Positions 43,672 through 60,295 are shown, counted from the first letter of the stretch. The stretch: DNA of 64,000 bases from an uncultured Planctomycetota bacterium (GCA_963849325.1 CAWKHF010000009.1:192001-256000), one strand, 5' to 3'. Numbers and translations: made by a program. Notes: generated by a model from the letters alone, not told the origin.

Positions 43672-45624
43672 TCGACGTAGAGGAAGGCGTTCAAGTTGAA
43701 CACGGCCAGGGCGAACTCGCGCAGCGGTTGTCGTTCCAGGAACTTTCGCGCCAGCTCGCGCTCGCGCAGCGTCGGGGCACGGCCGGTCGCCAGCCGGTAG
43801 GCGCGTTCGATCTGCCGGTCGGGGTCCACGCCCGCCTCGTGCCGCAGTCGCCGGGCGAACGCCTCGGCGAGACGATGCGAGGTCGTGCCGTTGAGCAGTT
43901 CAAGGGCTTGCAAGGCGTGCGTGCTGGCGGCGCGGCGCGGGCAGCTCGTCGCCGCGTCCGGCTGATCGAATACCTCCAGAAACGGCAGGCGCAGGTTACG
44001 CTTGGCCAGCAGATACACCGAGCGCCGATCGTGCTCGCTAACGTCGGCCGTCACCTGCCACTGTCCCGGATCGTAAAGCAGGTGAACGAGGTCGTCCTCG
44101 ACAGGAAGAACGACGCTGGGTCCGCCGGCCTTGAGGTTGAGCCGGCCTGCTGTCGCCAACATGGCATCGCGGACCTCCTCGGCGTCGAGGCGGCGTCGCG
44201 GAAAGCGTCCCAGCAGGCGGTTATCCGGGTCTTTGCGCCGGTAGGTATCGTCGTTGGGAGAACGCGATGCTTGCCGGTAGGTGTTGCTGAGCAGGATCAG
44301 GCGGTGGAGCGGCTTGAGGCGGCGCCCGCCGGCGAGGAATTCGTTGGCGAGGTAGTCGAGCAGTTCGGGATGGCTGGGTGGGCTGCCGTTGACGCCGAAA
44401 TCGTTGGGCGTCGCCACGATGCCCTGGCCGAAGTGATACAGCCAGACGCGATTGACGAACACGCGAGCGGCGAGTGGGTTGTCCGGGTCGTTGATCCAGG
44501 CGGCGAGGATGCTTCGCGGCTTCTTCGTTTCCGGCGGCAGCTCCGTCGTCTCCGCCGGCATCAGCGCGGACGGTACACGCATGCCGACCGGCTTGCCCTT
44601 GCTGCTCCGGATCGCCGCGCTTGAGGACGTGGATGGCGGTGCGCTCGGCCATCACGTCGCGGACGCTGCTCATGGTCGGCAGCGGCGGCGGCAGGCGGCG
44701 CTGCATCTGGGTCAGCTGCGCCCGCATCCGCAGACGCTCGCCGCCCTCGGCCGTCTCCAGCGCCTGCCGGATGCGCTTGATCTCCCCCTGAATGGTACTC
44801 GTGCGCGTTTCCCAGTCGGCCCGCGTCTTGGCGTCGGCCAGGACGATGTCGTGCTCCTGCGTCTGGGCCAGGAACGCTTGCAGCCGATAGTAGTCGGCCT
44901 GCGAGAAGTCGTCGAACTTGTGATCGTGGCAGCGGGCGCAGCCGACGGTCAGGCCGAGAAATACCGCACCGACGCTATCCGTCATTTCCGTGAGGACTTC
45001 GTTGCGGCTGAAGGCCACTTTCGGGTTGCCGGCGTTGCGACGGATCGGGCCGAGCCGATAGAAACCGACCGCGACTTCGCCGTCGGGCTGTCCGGGAGCG
45101 ATCTCGTCGCCGGCCAGTTGTTCGCGGACGAATTGGTCATAGGGCTTGTCGTCGTTGAAGCAACGGATGACGTAATCGCGATAGCGCCAGGCGCCGGGCC
45201 GAGGACGGTCGTACTCGAACCCTTCCGTCTCGGCGAAGCGGACGACGTCGAGCCAGTGGCGGCCCCAGCGTTCGCCGTAGTGCGGACTGACCAGCAGTTG
45301 ATCGACGAGCTTTTCGTAAGCACGCGGGTCCGGCGAGGAGACGAACGCGGCGATTTGCTCCGGCGTCGGCGGCAGGCCGGTCAGGTCGAACGTGAGACGG
45401 CGGATCAGCGTCCGTCGATCGGCTTCCGGGGCCGGCCGCAACCCTTCCTTCCGTAGACGGGCCAGGATGAAGGCATCGACCCCATTACGCACCCACACCC
45501 GTCCCGCCGGATCGTGGAAGGCGGGCGCGGCCGGTCTCTCGCGCTTGCGGAAGGACCAGTGGACCTTCTCGGCGTCACTGGGGCCATTTGGTGCGGCGGC
45601 GAGAGCGGCCGGAAGCAGAGCCAT
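43668..45624 (-). CDS. DUF1549/DUF1553 planctomycete protein; indel ~44605; start uncertain
   Basis: LIRRLTFDLTGLPPT, YGERWGRHWLDVVRFAET, CARCHDHKFD, NPLAARVFVNRVW, PSHPELLDYLA, RRLDAEEVRD. Confidence 0.9.
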
Positions 45625-45826
45625 CGTCAGCAGGATAACCGTAAGGAGGCCGCGCAACTTTTGTCTCCGGCTCGGCGGGCGAGCGACACACCTCGCGCCT
45701 TCCGATTGTAAGATAGCGCTCGCAGGGTGGTCAACAGGGGGGCGCGTGCTTGTAAAACCCGGTGGTCCGAGATAGTTTAGCTTTGCCAACCGAAACCGTC
45801 CCACCTTCTTCTCCAGAGGCGCGAGC

Positions 45827-46864
45827 ATGGAAACGAAGACACTGGCCATTCGTGCGGGAATCGTGGTACTGACCCTCCTCTGGTGCGGCCTGCGGGTCCG
45901 GGCCGAAGACCCGTGGGTCGTCTACCAAGGTTCGGATGGGCCGGGTAAGGGCAAACACGTCGTCCTCGTCAGCGGCGACGAGGAGTATCGCTCCGAGGAA
46001 GCGCTGCCGCAGCTGGGCAAAATCCTGGCGCGGCATCACGGTTTCAAATGTACCGTCCTGTTCGCCATCGACCCCACGGACGGCACCATCAATCCGAACA
46101 AGAACGACAACATCCCCGGCCTGGACGCGCTGAAAAAAGCCGATCTGATGATTCTCGCCACGCGCTTCCGCAACCTGCCGGACGAGCAGATGAAACACGT
46201 CGTCGAGTATGTCGAATCGGGCCGGCCAATCATCGGCATGCGGACGGCGACGCACGCTTTCAACCTCAAGAGCAAGACCTACGCTCGATATTCATGGGGC
46301 AACAAGGAGTGGCCGGGCGGCTTCGGCCGGCAGGTCCTCGGTGAAACCTGGGTCAATCACTGGGGCCGACACGGTTCGCAGAGCACGCGCGGCATCCTCG
46401 TCAAGGAGGAGGAACACAATCCCATCCTCCGCGGCATCAAGAATGGCGACATCTGGGGACCGACGGATGTTTATGAGGTCCACCTGCCGTTGCCCGGCGA
46501 CAGCAAGCCGCTGGTCCTCGGCCAAGTGCTCCAGGGCATGAAACCGACCGACCCGCCCCTCGAAGGCAAGAAGAACGATCCGATGATGCCGGTGGCGTGG
46601 ACGAAGACGTACAAAGGGGAGTCGGACAAGACCGGCCGCGTGTTCACGACCACGATGGGAGCGGCGACGGACCTGGAGAGCGAAGGACTGCGCCGGCTGC
46701 TCGTCAACGCCGCTTACTGGACTGTCGGCATGGAAGACAAGATCGCCGCGGATTTCAACGTGGAAATCGTCGGCGAATATAAGCCATCGCCCTTCAAGTT
46801 CGGTGGTTACAAGAAGGGCGTCAAGCCATCGGACTTGGCCCAGCCCGGCGACAGCGGCCGATAG
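45827..46864 (+). CDS. ThuA-like domain exported protein
   Basis: Signal peptide; [34 protein letters not shown]. Confidence 0.8.
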   Translation: METKTLAIRAGIVVLTLLWCGLRVRAEDPWVVYQGSDGPGKGKHVVLVSGDEEYRSEEALPQLGKILARHHGFKCTVLFAIDPTDGTINPNKNDNIPGLDALKKADLMILATRFRNLPDEQMKHVVEYVESGRPIIGMRTATHAFNLKSKTYARYSWGNKEWPGGFGRQVLGETWVNHWGRHGSQSTRGILVKEEEHNPILRGIKNGDIWGPTDVYEVHLPLPGDSKPLVLGQVLQGMKPTDPPLEGKKNDPMMPVAWTKTYKGESDKTGRVFTTTMGAATDLESEGLRRLLVNAAYWTVGMEDKIAADFNVEIVGEYKPSPFKFGGYKKGVKPSDLAQPGDSGR

Positions 46865-46875
46865 AGGGAGTTCTC

Positions 46876-48584
<1,709 letters not shown>

Positions 48585-48613
48585 GGACGCTCAAGAGAGA
48601 CGGACGATCGTCT

Positions 48614-49287
48614 TCACGCGAGCAGGTCCACTACGTGGCGTGCCGAGACCTGTTCGAGCGTTTCGACGACGAGGTCGGCGCCGGCTTGGCGCAGACTCGA
48701 TTCGGCGTGGTGCCCGACGAAACGGACGGCGACGCATTTCATGCCGCCCGCACGAGCGGCCTGCACGCCGGCAACGGCATCCTCGAAGACCACGCAACGA
48801 ACCGGAGCAACGCCGAGCCGCTGGGCGGCCACAAGGAAGACCTGCGGGTCCGGCTTGCCGCGCTGCGTGTCCTCACTGCCGACCACGGCGGCGAAGAAAC
48901 GTTCGATGCCCGTCAGCCGAAGGATCAATTCGAGATTGGCGTGCGGGTGCTGGACCCGATGGCCTGGGCGAAACCGTACTGGTGCAGGTCTTCCACAAGC
49001 CGTTGAACTCCCGGCAACAGGCCCACTCCTTTGGCGGCAGCGGCCCGATAGAGGACTTCCTTGCGCTCGCCGAGGGACGCGATTTCCTGGTCGTTGAAAC
49101 GATCGCCGAAAAGGGCGCGAATGATTTCGGGATTGCGCTGACCGAAGGTCGCGGCGAAGTCCGCGCGCGTGAAGTCCCGGCCGTGCTCGCGGCATACCGC
49201 CTGCCACGCCTGAAAGTGCAGCTGGGCCGTATCGACCAGCGTGCCGTCCACGTCCCAGATGGCCGCTTGGCCGTTGCTCTCCGGCAT
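48614..49287 (-). CDS. HAD-superfamily phosphatase (beta-phosphoglucomutase-like); indel ~48945
   Basis: WDVDGTLVDT, GKPDPQVFL, VVFEDAVAGVQAARAGGM. Confidence 0.88.
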
Positions 49288-49329
49288 CGTCTATCCTCTT
49301 TTTTTCCGAGAGGTCCTGTCTTTCGGCGA

Positions 49330-49896
49330 TCACTCGAAGAATCGGCGCACGGGGACGCTCAACTCGCCAAGGATGTCCGGCAAGTGCAGTTCGTCGTCCG
49401 CGTGCAGGGTGCGCGGAAGCTCATCTGCCCGGTACACCTGGACCGTTTCGCTCACCTGGTCCAGCAAGCCGACGACGATAACTCCCGCTTCCAGGTACTC
49501 TCCCGCTTTGGCGATTAGGCGCGACCAGCGTTCGGTCGGCGAGCGGACCTCGAACACGAGTTCGGGCACGACATCGAGATAGCCGGCCGGCAGCGGCCCT
49601 TGTGGAACGCGGGCATAGCTGTAGTAGGCTACGTCGCCGCCGCGGAGTGTATCGGGGTCGCGCTCGGTGAGAATACCCCCGTCATTACTCACGACCCGAC
49701 CCATTCCCCGACCCCGGACGTAAGGATTAATCAGCGTGGTGATGTTGGCACAAATCTCCCCGTGGCGCGGTGCCGGTACGTTCATCTCGACGATCCTCCC
49801 GCGGACCAACTCGGTCGGAACCCCCCGGTCGGGAAGCTGCGTGTACTCCGCGGCGCTGAGCAGACGTTGGGGGGAGGAGGTGGTGGAAGGGACCAT
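49330..49896 (-). CDS. Uma2 (DUF820) family endonuclease-like protein
   Basis: [41 protein letters not shown]. Confidence 0.88.
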   Translation of the reverse strand: MVPSTTSSPQRLLSAAEYTQLPDRGVPTELVRGRIVEMNVPAPRHGEICANITTLINPYVRGRGMGRVVSNDGGILTERDPDTLRGGDVAYYSYARVPQGPLPAGYLDVVPELVFEVRSPTERWSRLIAKAGEYLEAGVIVVGLLDQVSETVQVYRADELPRTLHADDELHLPDILGELSVPVRRFFE

Positions 49897-50127
49897 GCGA
49901 TTCGAGCCTCTCCGGAATCGATGGGCGGCGGCGACTTCGCCATCCAGCTTACAGGATACGGAAACGAGGGTCGGGCTGGCTTGGTTATCTCGCGCTGGGC
50001 TCCCGGCTGCAATAACGGAAATGGTCCAAAGGCCTCTCGGCCGACTCGGCCCTTGACGCCCCGCCGAACAGCGTTTATCTCTGACCTTGCCCGAATCGAT
50101 CGACCCTCCACCCTACGGATGTCAGCC

Positions 50128-52088
<1,961 letters not shown>

Positions 52089-52415
52089 TTTTCGCGTCCG
52101 GCCGTGCTCGAACTCCTCGACGCGCACTTGCTTGCCTCGCCCCGTTCGACACGTTATCATCAGCGCCATCGTCCCGCAGCACCAGCAACGGGTTGCGTCC
52201 GCCCGGCGCTGGCGCTCCGGGCAGGACGCGTTGTTGTCTCATCGCGGCCCCGTACAAATCTCCTCGATAAATGTTCTTCTCTGCACCTTTGACCTCTCCC
52301 GGATGTTGAACTAGGCTTGATTGGCGACATAGCCTTGCGTGGATCCTGCGCAACAATCCGGCTTCTTGGGCCGATGGATTTGCGAGGCTTTCCAAATCTA
52401 ACGGGAGACGTGCCG

Positions 52416-53421
52416 ATGCTCTTGGAATGTCCGAAATGCTATACCTCTCTGGCCGTCGGACCAAATGAAAGACCTCGGCTCTGGTGTCCCCATTGCGGCA
52501 CGGATGTGAGAACTCTCGTCTCGCCCCCCGCCGAAACAGGTTGTGATGGCCGGGGCTTCCGGCATCGAAAGGCCCCAGCTCGCGAAGCCATCGCCAATCG
52601 CCGCCACCCCGATAGGAGACGGGTCCGCATCCACCTCCACCCTGGCCCCTTCGGCTGGCTCCCACCCCGCGGTGGCGACCTCGCGCACCGATCCTGAGTT
52701 TGTCTTCCGGCCCAACTTCCTGTGGCAAGCACTGTTCTTGCTGGTGTCGTTCGTGTGTTTCGGAATTGTCGCCATCGCCGTCCACCAGTATCTTCGTGCG
52801 TCAGCGATTAGGCCGCCCAAGCCCGGGACCGTGTTAGCCCTGACCGTCCTGTTCGGCGGCGGTGGCCTCGCGATGGCGTACGCCGGTCTGCGTCTGGTGG
52901 GCATGAAGTATCTCATCTTCCCGGACCACTTCGTCCATGCCCAGAACGGGGAAACGACCACGTACACCTGGGACCAGATCCGAGCAGTCATCCACTCCGT
53001 GCATCCAGGCTGGCAGAAGTATGAGATAGCCACGCGCAAGGGCCGGGTACTGACCCTCACCAGCCAGATCTGGAAATATACCCAGTTGGGAAAAGTGATT
53101 GCGGAGCGGGCGGCTCAAGTCCAGTTGCCCGGGGCCGTGCAGCAAATCGAGTCGGGCCTTACTTTGAAATGCGGGCCCATTTCCGCCGATCGATCCGGAG
53201 TGGTCTGCTTCGGCCAAGCACTGCCGTGGGAGCACCTCCAATCCCTGTCGTTCGGATTCAACAATATCCCCCAAGGGCCGGATAGGCGGATTTCCAACAT
53301 GGTCCATCTGCACCTTAACGACATCCATCGGGTGGAGCTAGGGACGATTCCGAATTACAAGCTTTTTGAGATGCTGGTGCTCTATTACCAACCTGCCTGC
53401 CTGGTGGCGCCGCTTGCCTGA
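52416..53421 (+). CDS. Hypothetical membrane protein with an N-terminal zinc ribbon; probable indel ~52530
   Basis: MLLECPKC..WCPHCG in one frame; two TM helices and a PH-like beta region in ORF 52543-53421. Confidence 0.55.
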
Positions 53422-53430
53422 GTTCACCGT

Positions 53431-53458
53431 TAGGACGGACTGGGAAGCCCGTCCTACA
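53431..53458 (-). repeat. GTAG-type REP hairpin between convergent genes
   Basis: Minus strand GTAGgacgggcttcccagtccgtccta. Confidence 0.6.
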
Positions 53459-53490
53459 GGATGCTCTTGCTTGCCATCGTCGCAAGCGCT

Positions 53491-54744
53491 CTAAACGAAC
53501 GGGATATTCCCACCACCCGCCGTCATCCCCGCGCCGATCTCACGGTAAAAATCACTTGTCCTCCGGGCGATGCTCGCCCAGCTAAAAAAGCGCTCGACGC
53601 GCTGGCGCGAGCGTTTGCCCATCTGCCGCAGGCGCTCGGGATCGGCCAGGAGGCTGTTGACGGCGTCGGCCAGGCCGCGGGCGAAACCGTCCGGGTCGCG
53701 CGGCTCGAAGTCGGTGCCGCCGCGCGGCTCGAACGGCACGAGCAGGCCGGTCTCGTCCGGCACCACCACTTCCTTGATGCCTCCAACGGCCGAGGCGACG
53801 ACCGGCGTTCCGCACGCCATCGCTTCCAGGTTGATGATGCCGAACGGCTCGTAGACCGAAGGACAGACAAACAGCGCCGCCTGCGAGTATAGCGGAATGA
53901 TGTCTTCCTTGGTCAGCATTTGAGCGATCCAGATTATCGGATTGGACGTGCCCCGCCGGGCCTGTTCGACCGCCTCGGCCATCTCGCGGCCGATCTCCTC
54001 CGTATCCGGGGCGCCGGCGCACAGGACCACCTGCGTTCCCGGACGGATGTGCGGGATGGCGTGGACGAGATGGATGATTCCCTTCTGGCGCGTGATGCGG
54101 CCGACGAACAGCACGAAAGGCATGCCGGCGTCAATGCGGTAACGGGCCAGGACGGCCGGGTCCGGCGTGGGCTTGTACTGGTTGAGGTCGATACCGTTGG
54201 GAATGACGCGGATGCGGTCGGACGCCACCGCGTACAACTCGTGGACGTCGGCACGCATCGCCTCGGAGACGGCAATCACGCCGTCGGCGTTCTGGTAGGC
54301 GGTGCGCTCGATCCAGGTGCTGGCGCGGTAGGCGCTGCCCAGCTGTTCCACCTTCCAGGGACGATGCGGCTCCAGCGAGTGCGTGGTCAGCACCAGCGGA
54401 GCGCCGGTCAGTTGCTTCGCCAGGCAGCCGGCGAGGTGGGTATACCAGGTGTGGCAATGGATGACGTCGAGTCCGTCCAGACTGCCCGCCATGAGGAGAT
54501 CGCGGGCCAGGGTATCCATGAATTTCTGGTGGCGCGAGTCCTGGTACGGTAGAACGAAGTTGGACCGTACTCCGCGAACCGTCAGGTTGCCCTCCTGGAT
54601 GGACTGCTCGCCAAAGGCCAGCACCGTGACCGTATGCGTGCCGTCATCAAGGCGTGTCAACTCGCGCGTGAGGTACTCGACGTGGACGCCGGCCCCTCCG
54701 TAGATGTGGGGGGGATACTCGTTGGTGAGGATGGCGATCCGCAT
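53491..54744 (-). CDS. glgA: GT4 glycogen synthase / maltose-1-phosphate synthase (GlgA/GlgM actinobacterial type)
   Basis: TNEYPPHIYGGAGVHVEYL, HCHTWYT, HSLEPHRPWK.EQLG, FVGRITRQKG, YEPFGIINLEAMAC. Confidence 0.9.
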   Translation of the reverse strand: MRIAILTNEYPPHIYGGAGVHVEYLTRELTRLDDGTHTVTVLAFGEQSIQEGNLTVRGVRSNFVLPYQDSRHQKFMDTLARDLLMAGSLDGLDVIHCHTWYTHLAGCLAKQLTGAPLVLTTHSLEPHRPWKVEQLGSAYRASTWIERTAYQNADGVIAVSEAMRADVHELYAVASDRIRVIPNGIDLNQYKPTPDPAVLARYRIDAGMPFVLFVGRITRQKGIIHLVHAIPHIRPGTQVVLCAGAPDTEEIGREMAEAVEQARRGTSNPIIWIAQMLTKEDIIPLYSQAALFVCPSVYEPFGIINLEAMACGTPVVASAVGGIKEVVVPDETGLLVPFEPRGGTDFEPRDPDGFARGLADAVNSLLADPERLRQMGKRSRQRVERFFSWASIARRTSDFYREIGAGMTAGGGNIPFV

Positions 54745-54778
54745 CGGACCCACTCTCTGCTGAGCGACGTGAGCGAAG

Positions 54779-54802
54779 GAGCGGCGGCGAACGCCGCCGC
54801 TC
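54779..54802. repeat. Short perfect hairpin between yciF-like and glgA
   Basis: gagcggcggcg-aa-cgccgccgctc; no T tract. Confidence 0.5.
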
Positions 54803-54827
54803 TCTCGACCACAGGCCCGTCACCGAC

Positions 54828-55346
54828 TCATCGTGCCGTCGCGGCCTTGGGGTTGATCCCCTTCTCGGCCAATCCCGTTAGTTTGCGGTCGGTCTCGGCT
54901 TCCTCGTCCAGCGTCTGCTGGAGCAGGCGGGCGGCGTCCGACTTGCCCAGTCGCTGCGCGAAGGTGCGAACCGTGCCGTAGCCGGCGATTTCGTAGTGTT
55001 CGACGCGCTGCGCCGCCGCGATCAGCGCCGCGTCCTTGACGTTGGGGTCGCCCGTGCCGCTGATGACCTCGGAGCCTTCCTCCACGAGTCCCTTCATCGC
55101 CTCGCAGGTCTTCGACTCGGCGCTCTTGCCCAGACCCTTGAACACCTGTTCCAGACGGGTGATGTGGTTCTCCGTCTGGCGAAGGTGCTCCTCGAAAGCG
55201 GACTTCAGGGCGGGGTTGTGCGCCGCCGCAGCCATCTTGGGCAGCGCCTTGGTCAGCCGCTGCTCCGCGTCGTACAGGTCTTGCAGCTGCTCCACGAATA
55301 GGTCGTCGAACGAATTCAACGCCGCACTGCTGCTAAAAAGCCCCAT
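54828..55346 (-). CDS. yciF: YciF/DUF892 ferritin-like protein
   Basis: LQDLYDAEQRLTKALPKM, CEAMKGLVEEG, AAAQRVEHYEIAGYGT. Confidence 0.88.
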   Translation of the reverse strand: MGLFSSSAALNSFDDLFVEQLQDLYDAEQRLTKALPKMAAAAHNPALKSAFEEHLRQTENHITRLEQVFKGLGKSAESKTCEAMKGLVEEGSEVISGTGDPNVKDAALIAAAQRVEHYEIAGYGTVRTFAQRLGKSDAARLLQQTLDEEAETDRKLTGLAEKGINPKAATAR

Positions 55347-55458
55347 ACTATCCTCCTTTATTGCTGGGCTGGAGACCGGACGGCCTCATCCACGTGACGT
55401 GGCCGGTGCCGGGGACTCAACCATGATCTCCATTCAGCAAACGCGGTGCCGGGAGCTG

Positions 55459-56685
55459 TCACTGCAGGCGAACGCGCACGACCTTGCGATTGCCGACACG
55501 GACGATCAAACCGGACGTGACCAGGACCACGGCGTTGACGTCGGTGACTTTCTCGCGGTCGGGTCCGAGCGTGACGCCGCCACCCTGGATGAGACGCCGG
55601 GCCTCGTTGTTACTCGGTGCCAGTTTGAGAGCCACCAGCAGTTTGGATACCGCGATCTTGCCGTCGGTCAGGCTCGCCGCAGGCACGACGGCTTCGGGGA
55701 TGTCGGTCGGATCTTGTTTCTGGGAGAAGCGCTTGCGCCACTCCTCCGCCGCCGCCCCCGCCGCCGGCTCGCCGTGGTAGAACGTGACGATGTCCCTGCC
55801 CAGCGCCTCCTTCGCCTGCCGCGGATGAGTCGCTTGCGGGTCGATAAGCCGGGCTATCTCCTCGGACGAGCGATCCGTCAGCAGCGTGAACCACTCGTGC
55901 ATCAGGTCATCGGGAATGCTCATGGTCTTGGCGAATTGATCATAGGCCGGTTCGCCGACGCCGATGTAGTTGCCCAGGCTCTTGCCCATGCGCCGTCCGC
56001 CGTCGAGGCCGCGCAGGATGGGCAGCGTCAGGCACACTTGCGGCTCCTGGCCGGCGTCCTCCTGCAAGCGACGGCCGACCATCAGGTTGAACAGTTGCTC
56101 GCTGCCGCCCAGTTCCACGTCGGCGCGGACCTCGACGCTGTCCTGTCCCTGCATCAGCGGGTACAGACATTCGTGCAGGTAGATCGGCACGGACGGCTCG
56201 GCCCGGAAACGCTTGGTGAAGTCGTCGCGCTCCAGCATGCGCTGCACGGTGATTTTGCTGGTCAGGGCCAGCACGTCGAGGAACGTCATTCGGCCGAACC
56301 AGTCGCCGTTGTGAACGACCTCGGCCCGATTGATGTCGATGACCTTGCTGACTTGCTGGAGGTAATCGCGTGCGTTGGCCTCGACCTGCTCCGGCGTCAG
56401 GCGGGCGCGGGTCTGATCGCGGCCGCTGGGATCGCCGACCAGGGCGGTGTAATTGCCGATGATGAGCACCGCTTGATGGCCCAGTTCCTGGAAGACACGC
56501 AGCTTGCGCAGCGGTACGGTATGGCCCAGATGAACGTCGATGCCGGTCGGGTCGATGCCGTACTTGACGCGCAGCGGCTTGCCGGTCTGCACACTGCGTT
56601 CGAGCTTGCGAACCAACTCCGCCTCGGGCACGACCTGCTCGGCGCCTCGACGAATCCGCTCCAGCTGTTCGGCGACACTCTTCAC
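55459..56685 (-). CDS. tyrS: Tyrosine--tRNA ligase (GTG start)
   Basis: KYGIDPTGIDVHLGH, GDPSGR, YPLMQGQDS, GGSEQLFN, RMGKSLGNYI, S4-like C-terminus. Confidence 0.95.
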   Translation of the reverse strand: MKSVAEQLERIRRGAEQVVPEAELVRKLERSVQTGKPLRVKYGIDPTGIDVHLGHTVPLRKLRVFQELGHQAVLIIGNYTALVGDPSGRDQTRARLTPEQVEANARDYLQQVSKVIDINRAEVVHNGDWFGRMTFLDVLALTSKITVQRMLERDDFTKRFRAEPSVPIYLHECLYPLMQGQDSVEVRADVELGGSEQLFNLMVGRRLQEDAGQEPQVCLTLPILRGLDGGRRMGKSLGNYIGVGEPAYDQFAKTMSIPDDLMHEWFTLLTDRSSEEIARLIDPQATHPRQAKEALGRDIVTFYHGEPAAGAAAEEWRKRFSQKQDPTDIPEAVVPAASLTDGKIAVSKLLVALKLAPSNNEARRLIQGGGVTLGPDREKVTDVNAVVLVTSGLIVRVGNRKVVRVRLQ

Positions 56686-56708
56686 AGTGCGTTTCCTCTC
56701 CAAAAACA

Positions 56709-56866
56709 TTTCACCACGGAAAACACGGAAAACACGGAAAAAAGACAAAAAAGAGCGAAAAACCAAAGATACCATTGATGGGTTCGCGATTGCCATTGTC
56801 CTCTCGTACTTGCGGACGGTCTCCTCTCTGATTTTTTCCGTGTTTTCCGTGTTTTCCGTGGTGAAA
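56709..56866. repeat. 35-bp perfect inverted repeats built of a 9-bp unit (CACGGAAAA) around an 88-bp spacer
   Basis: tttcaccacggaaaacacggaaaacacggaaaaaa (56709-56743) and its exact reverse complement (56832-56866). Confidence 0.92.
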
Positions 56867-56873
56867 GTCTTCT

Positions 56874-57290
56874 TCAGTGGTACATCTGGAGTCGGCCGAT
56901 GGCCTCGAAGGCTTGACGGTAATGGACGATGCGCGGTTCGCGCTGTTGGGCCGGCCAACTCAGGGCGAGCACGTCGAAGCGGGCAGCGCCGTCGAGCAAG
57001 TGATGTTCTTGCAGATAATACAGGGCCAGACGGGTCAGTCGGCGCTGCTTGGCCTGGTCCACCGAGGCGGCAGGACGATCGAGGTCGTCGCCGCCGGTCG
57101 AGCGGACCTCGACGAAGACGACGCAACGGCCGTCCAGCGCGATCAGGTCGAGTTCGCCGTGCGGGCAGGTGTAATTGCGGGCCAGGATGCGGAAACCCTG
57201 GCGGCGCAGAAAACGAGCGGCGGCGCGCTCGGAGCGTGTGCCGAACCAGCGCCGCCACCAGGGTTGCTTCGCCGGAGAAGACGGGGGCAT
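56874..57290 (-). CDS. yraN: YraN (UPF0102) endonuclease-like protein
   Basis: SERAAARFL..GFRILARN..GELDLIA..VFVEVR..RFDVLA. Confidence 0.88.
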   Translation of the reverse strand: MPPSSPAKQPWWRRWFGTRSERAAARFLRRQGFRILARNYTCPHGELDLIALDGRCVVFVEVRSTGGDDLDRPAASVDQAKQRRLTRLALYYLQEHHLLDGAARFDVLALSWPAQQREPRIVHYRQAFEAIGRLQMYH

Positions 57291-57307
57291 GACGGACCCC
57301 AGCGAGG

Positions 57308-57727
57308 TTACGTCGCCGGCTGCTCGGCGGTCTTGGCAGCCTTTGCGGCCTTCTTGCTCGCGGCGCCTTCGCCGGGCTTGGCCTTGCGCTCGCGCAGGCG
57401 CGTCGCCTTGCCGACGCGATCGCGCAGGTAGTACAACTTGGCCCGGCGGACCTTGCCGGTGCGCTTGACCTCGATCTTGGCGATCTTCGGCGAGTGCAGC
57501 GGGAACTGGCGCTCGACGCCCTCGCCCTGCACGATGCGGCGGACCGTGAACATGGCGCGCATGCCCTCGCCGCGTCGAGCGATGACCACGCCATTGAAGA
57601 TCTGCACACGCTCCTTCTGTCCTTCCAGGATGCGCTGGTGGACATCGACGGTGTCGCCGATCTCGAACTGAGGAACCTCTTTTTTAAGCGAGGCTTCCTC
57701 CGCCAGGGCGATCAGTCGGTTCTTCAT
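57308..57727 (-). CDS. rplS: 50S ribosomal protein L19
   Basis: [51 protein letters not shown]. Confidence 0.97.
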   Translation of the reverse strand: MKNRLIALAEEASLKKEVPQFEIGDTVDVHQRILEGQKERVQIFNGVVIARRGEGMRAMFTVRRIVQGEGVERQFPLHSPKIAKIEVKRTGKVRRAKLYYLRDRVGKATRLRERKAKPGEGAASKKAAKAAKTAEQPAT

Positions 57728-58434
57728 GATCCTCACCTTCTTTCATCGTGGATGGTTGATTGCTCGTCTCGGTCGGCCGTCGGCTGCGGGCCAGCGATTG
57801 CTCGCGGCGCCAGCGGGCGACGGCCCCATGATCGCCGCTGAGCAGTACCTCGGGCACCGCCATGCCGCGAAAATCGCGGGGCCGCGTGTACTGCGGATAC
57901 TCCAGCCGGCCCGGATCGTTGTGCGACTCTTCCGCCAGGCTGTCCGGATCGCCGAGCACGCCTGGCACGTAGCGCACCACGGTGTCGATCACCACCATGG
58001 CCGGCACCTCGCCGCCGTTGCAGACAAAGTCGCCGATCGACACTTCCCGCGGCCGCAGTCCCAGGCGGATGCGCTCGTCAAAGCCCTCGTATCGGCCACA
58101 CAAGAGCAGCAGCCGCCGTTGCTGCGACAACTCGCGCACCAGGGATTGCGTCAGCCGTTCGCCGGTCGGCGTCAGCATCACCAGCAGGCCTGGCTCGTCG
58201 GCCTTGTCGCGGACGGACTCGACGGCGGCGAAGATCGGTTCCGGCAGGAGGACCATGCCGGGACCGCCGCCGAAGGGGCGGTCGTCCACGCTCTTGTGCT
58301 TGCCCTGCGCCCAGTCGCGGATGTTCCACAGGTGGACCTCGACCAGTCCCGTTCTGAAGCGCCAGCTTGAGCAGGCTCTGCGTCAGATAGCCCTGGAAGA
58401 TCTCCGGAAACAGGGTCAGCACGTCGAAGCGCAT
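57684..58434 (-). CDS. trmD: tRNA (guanine-N1)-methyltransferase; indel ~58352
   Basis: [63 protein letters not shown]. Confidence 0.95.
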
Positions 58435-58439
58435 GTCGC

Positions 58440-58743
58440 TCAGGCGGTCGGCGCGGGCGGCATCTCGCTGGGGACGGCGGCCTGCGTCTGCTGCTGCCTT
58501 CTTGCGGTATTTCTTGATGAGGACGGCCACGTTCTCCGACGGCAGGGCGCCGACGCCCGTCCAGTAATCGACGCGATCGAGCTTCAGCTTCACCCGCTCG
58601 TTGGTGTCGCGCACCATCGGATCGTAGGAGCCGAGTTCCTCGATGATCCGGCCGTCGCGCGGCTGGCGCGAATCGATGGCGACGATGCGAAAATAGGGAC
58701 GATGCTTGCGCCCAATCATCTTCATGCGAATACGAACAGCCAC
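58440..58743 (-). CDS. rpsP: 30S ribosomal protein S16; probable indel ~58500
   Basis: VRIRMKMIGRKHRPYFRIVAIDSRQPRDGRIIEELGSYDP; the shifted frame ends QQQTQAAVPSEMPPAPTA* just before trmD. Confidence 0.95.
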
Positions 58744-58757
58744 AGTTCCACCCTTTC

Positions 58758-58843
58758 CAGGGGTCAGGGGTCAGGGGTCAGAGGTCAGTAAGTAAACACA
58801 CGACGTGTTTGTTCGCTGACCCCTGACCCCTGACCCCTGACCC

Positions 58844-58845
<2 letters not shown>
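58758..58845. repeat. Inverted array of heptamer CAGGGGT/ACCCCTG
   Basis: (caggggt)x3 cagaggtcag ... (ctgaccc)x4; overlaps the ffh stop codon. Confidence 0.9.

Positions 58846-60295
<1,450 letters not shown>

Noticed and set aside
55459-57645. 728-aa ORF suggesting a long N-terminal extension on TyrS
   Set aside because: The extension is an off-frame read-through of rplS/yraN and the repeat element; TyrS homology starts at GTG 56685, which has an RBS.
58078-58743. Apparent RpsP-TrmD fusion ORF
   Set aside because: One extra base near 58500 explains it; the shifted frame gives a normal S16 tail and a stop 5 bp before the trmD ATG.
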